26,213 bases of DNA from a virus (Duplodnaviria > Caudoviricetes), in the IMG/VR virus record IMGVR_UViG_3300022670_000572, positions 1-26,213 of that record. The stretch is one strand, 5' to 3'. The translations under genes were made by a program, and so were the position numbers. The notes beneath the pieces were generated by a model. It was not told the DNA's origin and ran no database searches. It saw only the letters and a list, made by a program, of their open reading frames with translations. Shown here piece after piece: positions 18,351 to 26,086 of this stretch (within the stretch, counting starts at the first letter, position 1; each line of letters opens with the position of its first letter).

Positions 18351-18361
18351 ATTAAATCACT

Positions 18362-19273
18362 ATGAAATCACTACAAATAAAAAAAATAGATGGGTTCGAT
18401 GTTGTTGTTGGTTTTCAAAACCGTCCGATTGATCCCGTTGCGACTCAGCGTGGGAGTGCTCAGAATATACAGGACATGCCGGTAAGATCAGCGCTGGAAG
18501 CCAAAAACAATATTCAAAGTGGGTATAATATCAGGTTACTTGAAGCCCGTAAAAATGCAAAAGCTTATTTGTATCTGGCTAGTCAGAATAGAGATAAAGG
18601 TGAAAGTGATACAGCCAATAAATCAGAATCAGCCAAGCAAGATAAAATCGCAAAAGATTTAGTCGGAACGATGAACACGACTAATGAAGAATTGAAAGTT
18701 TTATCTGTTGCGTGTAAATCAGCTTGTGAGAAAATTTTGACTGATAATCCTGTTTATAATGATGAAGTTGAATTTAAAGATAAAGACGATAAAATTCAGG
18801 TTGCAGGGCCACGGCAGGGTGAAGTAATTAAAACACAGGCTGATATTGATGATTTGACGCAGAAATTTAAAGATAAGCCTGATAATTCTCAGTTGATGGA
18901 ATCTGGAGAGTATGTCGATGATTTCAGGGGCAAAATATTTCATTACAAAGACGATGAAATGACTAACGGAAAATGGACAAAGGGGGCAATTGATAGCTTA
19001 GGTGATAAACTTGAGATTGGTAAATTTGAAGAAGATCTCACCGACTCAGAAAAAACAGAAATTGCAGAACAGGAAAATGTTGATAGATTGGCAGGGATGT
19101 CTGCAGGTGATAAAACTGCTGAATACGATGGTAAAAAAACAGGGTTGGCAAGTGAAGCTCAGACTATGGAAACAACATTAAAATTTGATGGTGATGTTGA
19201 TTATATGACGAAGGCACAGGCATTTTATAATACTGAATTAACGAAATTAAAAACTGAATATGGGGTGGCTTGA
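18362..19273 (+). CDS. Tail-fibre-associated protein (possible assembly chaperone)
   Basis: Directly downstream of the fibre gene; acidic with a coiled-coil segment; function by synteny only. Confidence 0.5.
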   Translation: MKSLQIKKIDGFDVVVGFQNRPIDPVATQRGSAQNIQDMPVRSALEAKNNIQSGYNIRLLEARKNAKAYLYLASQNRDKGESDTANKSESAKQDKIAKDLVGTMNTTNEELKVLSVACKSACEKILTDNPVYNDEVEFKDKDDKIQVAGPRQGEVIKTQADIDDLTQKFKDKPDNSQLMESGEYVDDFRGKIFHYKDDEMTNGKWTKGAIDSLGDKLEIGKFEEDLTDSEKTEIAEQENVDRLAGMSAGDKTAEYDGKKTGLASEAQTMETTLKFDGDVDYMTKAQAFYNTELTKLKTEYGVA

Positions 19274-19572
19274 TGAATCCGTTGTTAATAATAAAAGGAC
19301 TTGAATTATTGAATACAGTAATTGAAAAAAATGAATATGAAGGAATGCAAGAATTTAAAAAAGAGGCAATTGTTGAACGAGTTTTTGAAGGGTTAGACGA
19401 AGCCCGTGTGTTTTGGAAAAGAAAAACATTCTGGGCAACTGTTTGTGCTGTAGTGATTCCAATTGTAAATAGAATGGCTGGTCTTGACATGCAGATTGAA
19501 GAGGTGTCAGCGGCTATTACACCGCTTGTGGCTTTTATTTTGGGTGAGAGTTGGAGGAAGAAAAATAATTAA
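19270..19572 (+). CDS. Holin-like membrane protein
   Basis: 'KRKTFW' followed by two hydrophobic segments and a basic C-terminus; last gene of the late operon. Confidence 0.55.
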   Translation: MMNPLLIIKGLELLNTVIEKNEYEGMQEFKKEAIVERVFEGLDEARVFWKRKTFWATVCAVVIPIVNRMAGLDMQIEEVSAAITPLVAFILGESWRKKNN

Positions 19573-19663
19573 AACGCTGTGCCGAGTGCTCTACCAATTG
19601 AACTAATCCGTCACTAAGGCCAGATAAAGGATTCGAACCTATATCTCTCGGTTGACAACTTCC
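19571..19663 (-). ncRNA. Circularly permuted tRNA-like RNA (YrlA/Y-RNA-like topology)
   Basis: 5'-GUUGU CAA CCGAG AGAU AUAGG UUCGAAU CCUUU AUCUGGC CUUAGU GACGGAU UA GUUC AAUUGGUA GAGC A CUCGG C ACAGC GUUUU-3'; T arm precedes D arm and the halves are mutually complementary. Confidence 0.8.
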
Positions 19664-19720
19664 TCTTTTTTCCATGGACTAACAGGTAGAGGCGACACCT
19701 GAACTGTTTATTATTTCTCC

Positions 19721-19921
19721 TCATTCAATGCTTTGATTAGTTCGCCAGCTGGAGGTGTTTGCAAGGGCTGATACCCATTCCCTTTTGTTTTCGTCGAATC
19801 TGTTTTTGTATTCTCCACATTTGGTAATTTTTCCTATCCATTTTCCCCTGTGCATCTGCGCAAGGCATCCAGTATTGCCATATTCATTTTTACATGTATC
19901 ACATAAATTTATACTACTCAT
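19721..19921 (-). CDS. Small Cys-rich hypothetical protein
   Basis: 'NLCDTC...C...KCGEY'; SD GGAGG; overlaps the lipoprotein stop. Confidence 0.7.
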   Translation of the reverse strand: MSSINLCDTCKNEYGNTGCLAQMHRGKWIGKITKCGEYKNRFDENKREWVSALANTSSWRTNQSIE

Positions 19922-21149
19922 ATTTCATAACCTCCCCATACCCACCATAAAAAATATTTTGAAATCCTGTACTCAGATCAATTTCGAATATAGACCCTGA
20001 ATCAGTAAAATAAAGAATCCCCTCAGAAATAAAAGGACTCAAGAAAGGCTTTTTCTCGATTCCTGTGCTGTGCATTCCATCACCAATATATAACCTAAAA
20101 CTTTGATTAAGGGTATCAGAGCTTGGATCATAATCGAACAACCATCCTGAATTTAATTCTATCCAGTATAGTTTTCCTGCATGTTTTCCTGCAGCAATCA
20201 CAACTGGTGCTTGCCCGTAAATTGGTTCTGGTACAATTGGATAAGGGTACGCATTAAAATCATTTAGGGATGTGGATTGTTCTCTCAATCTTCCTGATTC
20301 TGACCAGATGTAGCCGTTACCGCTGTAATAATCTCCAGAGCTGTCTAGCCATTCAGTAGCGTTTAAAATGTAGTTTAATTCGTAATCTTCTGGGTAAATT
20401 CCAAACATGATAGTTTTATTGATGCTGTTCTGGGAATGAATAAAAAATTCGTTGTCCTGGACGTACATAACATTGGTTGCGGATCCAGATATCAAGGTTC
20501 GCGCTCCATTTTCATTTATTGACCAGACATTTGAGCCAACGCTTAAAATATCCCTGCATTGATACTTATTTAAATACCAGGCGGAAATAATATTATCATC
20601 CAAATAAAATTCGCTATAAATTTTATATTGGCCTCCCATGGCGGAAGATTCAGACTCGCTGTATTGATAGCACCAGTAAACACCCTCAGATGTACGTTTT
20701 ATGGCTGTTGGTGTTTTTAGTAGTGTATCAGTGCTTGATTCATTTCCTTCAATATCTAAGGTGTAAATAGTATCATCAACACTGAATTCCATAGGCCCAA
20801 GTTTAAGAATAGATCCTGATTTCCATAAATCAAGAGCACCTGACTTATAAAAATAAAGATCTGAGCTGATATGGGCGGCGAATTTAACCGTGACCAGTTC
20901 AGGCGGTGGTGGTGTGTCGCTTGATGTATCTGTTGATGTGTCGGGTTGTGGTTGTGGCGCTGGTGCTGGTATTGGTGCTGGTGTGGGAGGTGGTGCCGTG
21001 ACTGGCGGTGGAGTTGGCGCAGGGGTGGGTTGTTGTGGTGCTGGTGTTGACTGTGTAGTTGTTCCATCATCAGAATCAGATTGCTGTTCTTCGGCACAAC
21101 CTACAACGAATAATGCAAGGATAATTAATATTAAAATTTTAAGTTTCAT
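19914..21149 (-). CDS. Lipoprotein with Pro/Thr-rich linker and beta-rich (propeller-like) domain
   Basis: Signal peptide MKLKILILIILALFVVG-C (lipobox); PT/PA linker; aromatic-rich beta strands; SD AAGGAGG. Confidence 0.8.
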   Translation of the reverse strand: MKLKILILIILALFVVGCAEEQQSDSDDGTTTQSTPAPQQPTPAPTPPPVTAPPPTPAPIPAPAPQPQPDTSTDTSSDTPPPPELVTVKFAAHISSDLYFYKSGALDLWKSGSILKLGPMEFSVDDTIYTLDIEGNESSTDTLLKTPTAIKRTSEGVYWCYQYSESESSAMGGQYKIYSEFYLDDNIISAWYLNKYQCRDILSVGSNVWSINENGARTLISGSATNVMYVQDNEFFIHSQNSINKTIMFGIYPEDYELNYILNATEWLDSSGDYYSGNGYIWSESGRLREQSTSLNDFNAYPYPIVPEPIYGQAPVVIAAGKHAGKLYWIELNSGWLFDYDPSSDTLNQSFRLYIGDGMHSTGIEKKPFLSPFISEGILYFTDSGSIFEIDLSTGFQNIFYGGYGEVMKYE

Positions 21150-21221
21150 GGGCGGTCCTCCTTATAATAATCTCTTCAATAACTGAAAATACCAGGAATA
21201 AAATTGCGTAGGTTAGCCAGA

Positions 21222-21443
21222 TCATGAGGACTCCTTATCTGAATTTAAAAAACCTTTCCATTCATCAGACGAAATTTTGTCCACAATTTGTCTGATACAG
21301 GATTTACAAGCGTGTGCGCCCTCAGTTGATTTTGCAGTATCAAGAGAAAATAATTTCAGTCCTTTAAAATTAAAGCCTATTAAATTGCTTAAATCTTTTA
21401 TTTCATCTCTGCATATGTTACATGTGTAAATTTTTCTCATCAT
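21222..21443 (-). CDS. Small zinc-finger protein (CxxC...CxxC)
   Basis: 'YTCNIC...HACKSC'; SD GGAGGTG supports the start at 21443. Confidence 0.75.
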   Translation of the reverse strand: MMRKIYTCNICRDEIKDLSNLIGFNFKGLKLFSLDTAKSTEGAHACKSCIRQIVDKISSDEWKGFLNSDKESS

Positions 21444-21444
21444 T

Positions 21445-21473
21445 TTGACACCTCCCTGAAAATAAATTATGTT
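21445..21473 (+). promoter_or_regulatory. Sigma70-type promoter TTGACA-N17-TATGTT
   Basis: Consensus -35 and spacing; predicted +1 falls at or next to the ATG at 21480. Confidence 0.6.
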
Positions 21474-21479
21474 ATAAAT

Positions 21480-21866
21480 ATGGGACAATTAGAAAACAAT
21501 TTAAAAAATGAAGTTGATAAAAATCTTACCTCCTGGCAACGACTTTGGCGAATCAATTCAGGCATGGGTTGGGCTGGTAAAATATTAAAAAAAGTCGCTG
21601 GTACAATCACGATTGTAAATGCACGCCCGTTTTTCGGGGCTCCAAAAGGATTCCCTGACCAAATAGGTTTCGACTCTATTATTATCACTCCTGAAATGGT
21701 CGGTAAACGTGTTGCTGTTTTTGTTGGTTCAGAATTAAAAGCAACAACCCGTGATAAACTTAAAAAAGATCAAGTTAATTTTAAAAGTTTACTGGTTAAA
21801 ATGGGTGCGGTGCACAGACTCCACAGGCCAGATGGTGTGGTTGAGGAGTCAGGGTTTATGGAATGA
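21480..21866 (+). CDS. VRR-NUC family PD-(D/E)xK nuclease
   Basis: 'RLWRINSG', 'GFPDQIG', 'GSELK' and 'DQVNF' motifs. Confidence 0.88.
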   Translation: MGQLENNLKNEVDKNLTSWQRLWRINSGMGWAGKILKKVAGTITIVNARPFFGAPKGFPDQIGFDSIIITPEMVGKRVAVFVGSELKATTRDKLKKDQVNFKSLLVKMGAVHRLHRPDGVVEESGFME

Positions 21867-22023
21867 TATTTCTTGATTTCAGTATTTTTTTAAGCGAAAT
21901 TATAAAGTCCTGACGTTCACTAATTTCTTTATTATACCGTTTTATTTCAACCTCTGTTTCCTGAATGTCTTTTAGTATTTCAGCTGTACTGATATTCTTT
22001 ATTTTTTCTTCATCTGTACCCAT
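21856..22023 (-). CDS. Unannotated 55-aa coiled-coil protein
   Basis: MGTDEEKIKNISTAEILKDIQETEVEIKRYNKEISERQDFIISLKKILKSRNIIP*; SD GGAG. Confidence 0.7.
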   Translation of the reverse strand: MGTDEEKIKNISTAEILKDIQETEVEIKRYNKEISERQDFIISLKKILKSRNIIP

Positions 22024-22044
22024 ATCTTCTCCATTTCGAGTTGA

Positions 22045-22248
22045 TTAATCTTCTTGACCAGCCATACAATTAACACCACACCAAGATTCAACCATGTGTT
22101 TTTGAATTATGTTATTCTTTGAGCATTTCATTTCAAAAGCCTTGTCAGCATAAACTTGACATTCTTCAAGAATAGTTTCCCAAGGTGTAAAGAAAACTTT
22201 TTCAGACAGTTTTGCCTCAGCTCTTGCCCATCTAGTTGCTTTAAACAT
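22045..22248 (-). CDS. Hypothetical protein
   Basis: SD GGGAG supports the MFKATRW start; an alternative start lies at 22260. Confidence 0.6.
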   Translation of the reverse strand: MFKATRWARAEAKLSEKVFFTPWETILEECQVYADKAFEMKCSKNNIIQKHMVESWCGVNCMAGQED

Positions 22249-22378
22249 CCCATCTCCCATTTTAGTGAAGGTTTTAATTGCTATTTTTGTGTCCCGTGCC
22301 GCAAAATAGGGAGGTACAGTTTTTATTCACAACCTTTCACCCTCATCTCACGTTTAAGACACTTGAGGGTGTTTTAGT

Positions 22379-22392
22379 AGCCCCGTAGGGCC
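22379..22392. terminator. GCCC-UACG-GGGC hairpin (second copy); U-tract on the + strand side
   Basis: AGCCCCGTAGGGC is identical to 11288-11300; followed by CTTGTTTTTT on the + strand. Confidence 0.55.
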
Positions 22393-22399
22393 TTGTTTT

Positions 22400-22600
22400 T
22401 TATTTTGTGTAATAAGGGTTTGGGTCAACTGTTGGTGTTACTCCAAAATAAAACCATACTCTTACTTTTTTTTCTGCAACTTCTTTTTCTTCAGCTAGTG
22501 ACCATAGCATTTCTTTCCAGTTTTTTCTTGTTCGGCTTTGTCCTGAGAAAAGGCTTTTGAAAAGTTTCATTGCTTCTGCTTTTGTGTCTAAAGTTTTCAT
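22400..22600 (-). CDS. Hypothetical 66-aa early protein
   Basis: SD GGGAG before ATG (MKTLDTKAEAMK); the longer ORF-track start runs through the promoter. Confidence 0.75.
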   Translation of the reverse strand: MKTLDTKAEAMKLFKSLFSGQSRTRKNWKEMLWSLAEEKEVAEKKVRVWFYFGVTPTVDPNPYYTK

Positions 22601-22644
22601 TTTGTCTCCCGTTTGATTTAGTTTGTTTCGTTGAACTTGATTTA

Positions 22645-22672
22645 ATATTACCACAGTGGGTTTTATTGTCAA
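22645..22672 (-). promoter_or_regulatory. Sigma70-type promoter TTGACA-N16-TAATAT with extended -10 TG
   Basis: Second copy of the promoter at 11428-11455. Confidence 0.8.
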
Positions 22673-22734
22673 CAAAATAATCAACTTTGTAGTATTTATT
22701 TTGAATTATTTCATACTAACTTGTTTGAATTATT

Positions 22735-24387
22735 TTAACTAGCTCGCTTATGTCCTTCTAATTCTTTACGTTTCATATATAACCAACCATTTTTATATCT
22801 TTCTTTTACCCCGGGTATTTCAATTTGCTGGATGGCTGACAGCAGCGAAACATTCACCATTTTATCATCTTTTGTTAATAAATGATAAACCCAAAGTGGC
22901 TGACGCTTAAGCTCATGTGAGCACTGAATCAAATTAGTAACCGCTTGAATATCAATAACACCATCCTGTGTCCATTTTGCCCTGAAAACATCGGTATTAT
23001 TGTTGATCATGTCTTCATAATAGCGCTGGTTTTCGGGTGGGCGTTCTTTGAGTGGGGTAGGTTCTTTGATTTCGACTAACCACCCATCAATTTCTTTCAT
23101 GGGTAAGCGTTCTGTTTGTTCTGGTTCGGCACCACAACCACGACATACACCATTTACTATATGATCATAACAGATTTTACATTTATCGACGGCTCCTACT
23201 TTTTCAATTGCGTCTTTTGGGATCCTCTTTTTCTTGTCAGTTCCAGAGAAATTCCATTCACGGGGTAATAAAGGGTGTCCGTGTTTTGTTTCGTCGCAGT
23301 TTCCGACATGATCAAGTATCAAGCAATTTTCATATCTTCCGTCCCACCGCAGGCCACGCCCGATCATCTGAAAAAATAAGGCCACTGAATCGGTTAACCT
23401 CAAGAGAATCAAACAGGAAATTCTTGGGACATCAAGACCATAAGTACAGAGATCAACAGTTGTGAGTCCTGTAATTGCACCGGATTCGACTTTAGATATT
23501 TTGTCACGTCTAACTTTATCAGTCATTGTGCCGTCAATTTCTTCACACGAAATGCCCGAGGCTGTGAATTCGGCGGCGACTTCCTTTGCCTGGTCTAAAT
23601 TCCTGCAAAATACTAAAAAGCTGCGACCGCTTCCATATTTCTCATAATGCTTGATCTCATTGCCGTATAAAACTTTATTGCCTTGGGCCCGTTCTTTATA
23701 TAGTTCCATGAGGGCTGCGGCGTTGACATCACCAGCTTTATTTGTTTTAAGGTCGCTTAGTCCTTCCAATCTGTCTTCGTTCGGGATACTCAGCACCCAT
23801 GGTCGTTTTAGATACCCGTTTTCAACAAACCAGCTCATCTGATGACCCATGACAGCCACATCATACATTCCAAGTAAGGGCATATTATCCAACCGTTCAG
23901 GTGTTGCGGTGACTCCCAAAATAATACTTGATTTCGGAGCCGCGGCTTTGATTTCTAGTTGCTGTTTTAAAGCAACATGAGCTTCATCAAATATGATCAC
24001 ATCAGCCCAATTTCTAATCTTGTTTTTTCTGACAAGACGGATGAGGGTATCACGGGAAACTACATGCACCTGAAAAGCGCTTGATTCTTTTGAGTTGGCT
24101 GAAATCATGCCGTGCTGAATTCCCCATTCTCGCAGCTCTTTGGATGCTTGCCAGAGAAGTTCTTTACGGGGAACGATAAACCAGACTCTTTGTTTTTTGC
24201 CAGTTGAAGGGCTGATTTTCTTTATCGCTGTGTTAATGCCGTGGACAACCATCCTTGTTTTTCCGGTTCCGGTTACACCTTGGATTAAAATAGAACGGTA
24301 GCTCCCCCCCTTCGGTGAAAAATAAAATCTTGCTTGATTCCATGAATCTGATTGGTACTGGCGTAGGCTGCGGGTGGTTGTGTTCAT
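22735..24387 (-). CDS. Superfamily 2 DEAH-box helicase with C-terminal zinc ribbon
   Basis: Walker A GVTGTGKT, DEAH, TATP, QMIGRGLR, CxxC...CxxC; an ATGA overlap favours the start at 24387. Confidence 0.93.
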   Translation of the reverse strand: MNTTTRSLRQYQSDSWNQARFYFSPKGGSYRSILIQGVTGTGKTRMVVHGINTAIKKISPSTGKKQRVWFIVPRKELLWQASKELREWGIQHGMISANSKESSAFQVHVVSRDTLIRLVRKNKIRNWADVIIFDEAHVALKQQLEIKAAAPKSSIILGVTATPERLDNMPLLGMYDVAVMGHQMSWFVENGYLKRPWVLSIPNEDRLEGLSDLKTNKAGDVNAAALMELYKERAQGNKVLYGNEIKHYEKYGSGRSFLVFCRNLDQAKEVAAEFTASGISCEEIDGTMTDKVRRDKISKVESGAITGLTTVDLCTYGLDVPRISCLILLRLTDSVALFFQMIGRGLRWDGRYENCLILDHVGNCDETKHGHPLLPREWNFSGTDKKKRIPKDAIEKVGAVDKCKICYDHIVNGVCRGCGAEPEQTERLPMKEIDGWLVEIKEPTPLKERPPENQRYYEDMINNNTDVFRAKWTQDGVIDIQAVTNLIQCSHELKRQPLWVYHLLTKDDKMVNVSLLSAIQQIEIPGVKERYKNGWLYMKRKELEGHKRAS

Positions 24388-25019
24388 AAATAACCCCACT
24401 GGTCAGCCATGGCGTCAGCGATACCTTGAAAAGTTTTACTTCTTATTTTTGCCCGTCCTTTTTGTCCTTTCGTTTTTTCAGCATAATAATACCAAGTAGC
24501 CATATTTTTCCCACTTTTAGTAATTGTATATTCTTTTTCTACAATTTTAGTAGCATTTAAAATCGGGACACCTTTCAGCCATAAACAAGTTTTTTTAGGT
24601 TCTTTATGACCGAACATTGAAGGGCAAATTATTTGGTCTGGTTTTCTCCAACGTGTAGACATTACACCTACAGGATTCTCAATAACTATTTTTTCACAGT
24701 CAGCATTTGACAGTTTCATAAAGAATTTTACAGCGTGTTCTCTTGCTTCTCTTCTTTCTTCGCCTACTAAAGCGCCACTTTTACGTGGTTCCTGATCTTT
24801 AAACCATTTGTTAGCTGTGACCGTTAAGTAAGTGCAAGTAGGAAAAGCAATAATCATATCCCACCCATCATTAATAATTTTTAAAACATCACCTTTTATA
24901 TGCCATTCAGGATGACCACCAGAACAATCTAAAATATCACAAGAGTAAGCCTCATGACCTTTTTTTCTGAATGCCTTAGTTACAGCCTGACTTTCTTCAC
25001 ACGCTACCAATATTTTCAC
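24384..25019 (-). CDS. Phage DNA cytosine-C5 methyltransferase-like protein (short type)
   Basis: 'KILVACEESQ', 'AYSCD', 'FPTCT', 'IENPV' and 'RSKTF' motifs; GTG start at 25019 with SD GGAGG and a GTGA overlap. Confidence 0.8.
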   Translation of the reverse strand: MKILVACEESQAVTKAFRKKGHEAYSCDILDCSGGHPEWHIKGDVLKIINDGWDMIIAFPTCTYLTVTANKWFKDQEPRKSGALVGEERREAREHAVKFFMKLSNADCEKIVIENPVGVMSTRWRKPDQIICPSMFGHKEPKKTCLWLKGVPILNATKIVEKEYTITKSGKNMATWYYYAEKTKGQKGRAKIRSKTFQGIADAMADQWGYL

Positions 25020-25231
25020 TCGTCTGCCTCCATAATTTGTTGCTTTATACAAGCGGAAATGAAAGATTTATCTTCATCAGGAATAATTGCAACACACTTT
25101 TCTTTTTGATCTTTTCGTACAAATTGCTCGAACTCTTCTATCAAATTGAGAATTCCTAAATTGCACCCATTCCCAGATTCTTTTGTTTGAGTGTCTATTT
25201 TGTGCATGAGAGCACTTCTACTTTCAATCAT
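25016..25231 (-). CDS. Hypothetical protein
   Basis: Overlaps both neighbours; start at 25231 or 25237. Confidence 0.65.
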   Translation of the reverse strand: MIESRSALMHKIDTQTKESGNGCNLGILNLIEEFEQFVRKDQKEKCVAIIPDEDKSFISACIKQQIMEADE

Positions 25232-25506
25232 CAACATCCCCCCGTTATTAAATCATTATTCAAACAATCTTCCATATCCTCATCTAAATAAATTATTTTT
25301 TTACCTGTTGGTCTGGCTTCTTCAACTATCTCGAGTTGTTGACTGATTTTTGTTAGTCTTTTAGATGTTTCGACTAGAGATGTTTCGACTATCTTTTCCA
25401 CAAGCCCAGCTGAAAGCCAAAACGAAAGCCACATACACACAACAATTATTAAATTTGCAATTATTAAACTATTCAACTTTTCTATTATTTTTTCACTCTG
25501 GCCCAT
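25231..25506 (-). CDS. Hypothetical single-pass membrane protein
   Basis: Hydrophobic stretch LIIANLIIVVCMWLSFWLSAGL; part of an overlapping gene chain. Confidence 0.65.
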   Translation of the reverse strand: MGQSEKIIEKLNSLIIANLIIVVCMWLSFWLSAGLVEKIVETSLVETSKRLTKISQQLEIVEEARPTGKKIIYLDEDMEDCLNNDLITGGC

Positions 25507-25690
25507 CCTTAACCCCCTTCAATGTTATTTCATCACCTGAAATTTTTGTAATAAAATTCAAGTCAAATTTGAATCTGTATCTTTCGACTGTAATTAAAAA
25601 GAAATGAAAATCAGCAAAAGTCAATTCAACGGTTTCGCAATTCCTGATATTTGCTATTACATCCTCCGCTTGTTCTTTTTCTTTTCCCAT
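25493..25690 (-). CDS. Hypothetical protein
   Basis: SD AAGG; overlaps the next gene. Confidence 0.65.
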   Translation of the reverse strand: MGKEKEQAEDVIANIRNCETVELTFADFHFFLITVERYRFKFDLNFITKISGDEITLKGVKDGPE

Positions 25691-25699
25691 CTGAACCTT

Positions 25700-26086
25700 T
25701 TATATCTTGATTTTAATTGCAAAAATAACCACAACAGGTAACACAATTAATTCAGTTGTGAAAAATTCAAATCGTTTTATATATGTTGGCAGAATTATGG
25801 GAAATAAACCTTTTCCGTAACCATCACCAACGCCCATTTTTAAGCCGAATAAATTATTCCCATCCACACTAATTGGCCAATATCTGACCACATCAATTAA
25901 ATAACTGTCATTACCAAAACTATTCTTAAAATAATTAGCTTCCACGCTGTATTTTTCAGAAAGTTTTAATTCGATTCCATTTATATTGTTTTGCTCGTTC
26001 CAATCGCTGCCCCTATCAAAATGATATGACCAACCATTGACAGTTAAAAATATAACTATGATTGAGCTGAAAAATTTATTAGCCAT
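25700..26086 (-). CDS. PagP-like small outer-membrane beta-barrel protein
   Basis: N-terminal signal-like segment; 'SYHFDR..WNEQN..GI', 'YFKNSFGNDS' and 'GVGDGY'; alternating hydrophobic strands. Confidence 0.6.
   Translation of the reverse strand: MANKFFSSIIVIFLTVNGWSYHFDRGSDWNEQNNINGIELKLSEKYSVEANYFKNSFGNDSYLIDVVRYWPISVDGNNLFGLKMGVGDGYGKGLFPIILPTYIKRFEFFTTELIVLPVVVIFAIKIKI

Noticed and set aside
17349-19273. Diversity-generating retroelement or invertible fibre cassette
   Set aside because: No reverse transcriptase, invertase or template/variable repeat pair seen in the window
19576-19659. Ordinary tRNA-Asp(GUC) gene
   Set aside because: The arms are in permuted order and no CCA is encoded; a standard cloverleaf cannot be drawn linearly
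19571-19675. 46-codon - strand ORF (MEKRGSCQ...) starting at 19675 and running through the tRNA-like element
   Set aside because: No SD; runs on into the convergent holin-like gene; the sequence is better explained by RNA structure
11624-19700. 10-mer AGGTGTCGCC shared by two intergenic regions in inverted orientation (11624-11633 and 19691-19700)
   Set aside because: Too short to separate from chance, and the flanks do not extend the match
20900-21060. GGT/GGC-rich repeats and overlapping ORFs 20756-21097 and 20890-21186
   Set aside because: By-products of the Pro/Thr linker codons in the lipoprotein gene; not a CRISPR array or separate genes
22281-22309. c-di-GMP-I riboswitch (GGGACACAAA resembles GGGACGCAAA)
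   Set aside because: The other conserved elements (GCAAA, GNRA-capped helix, receptor helix) are not found
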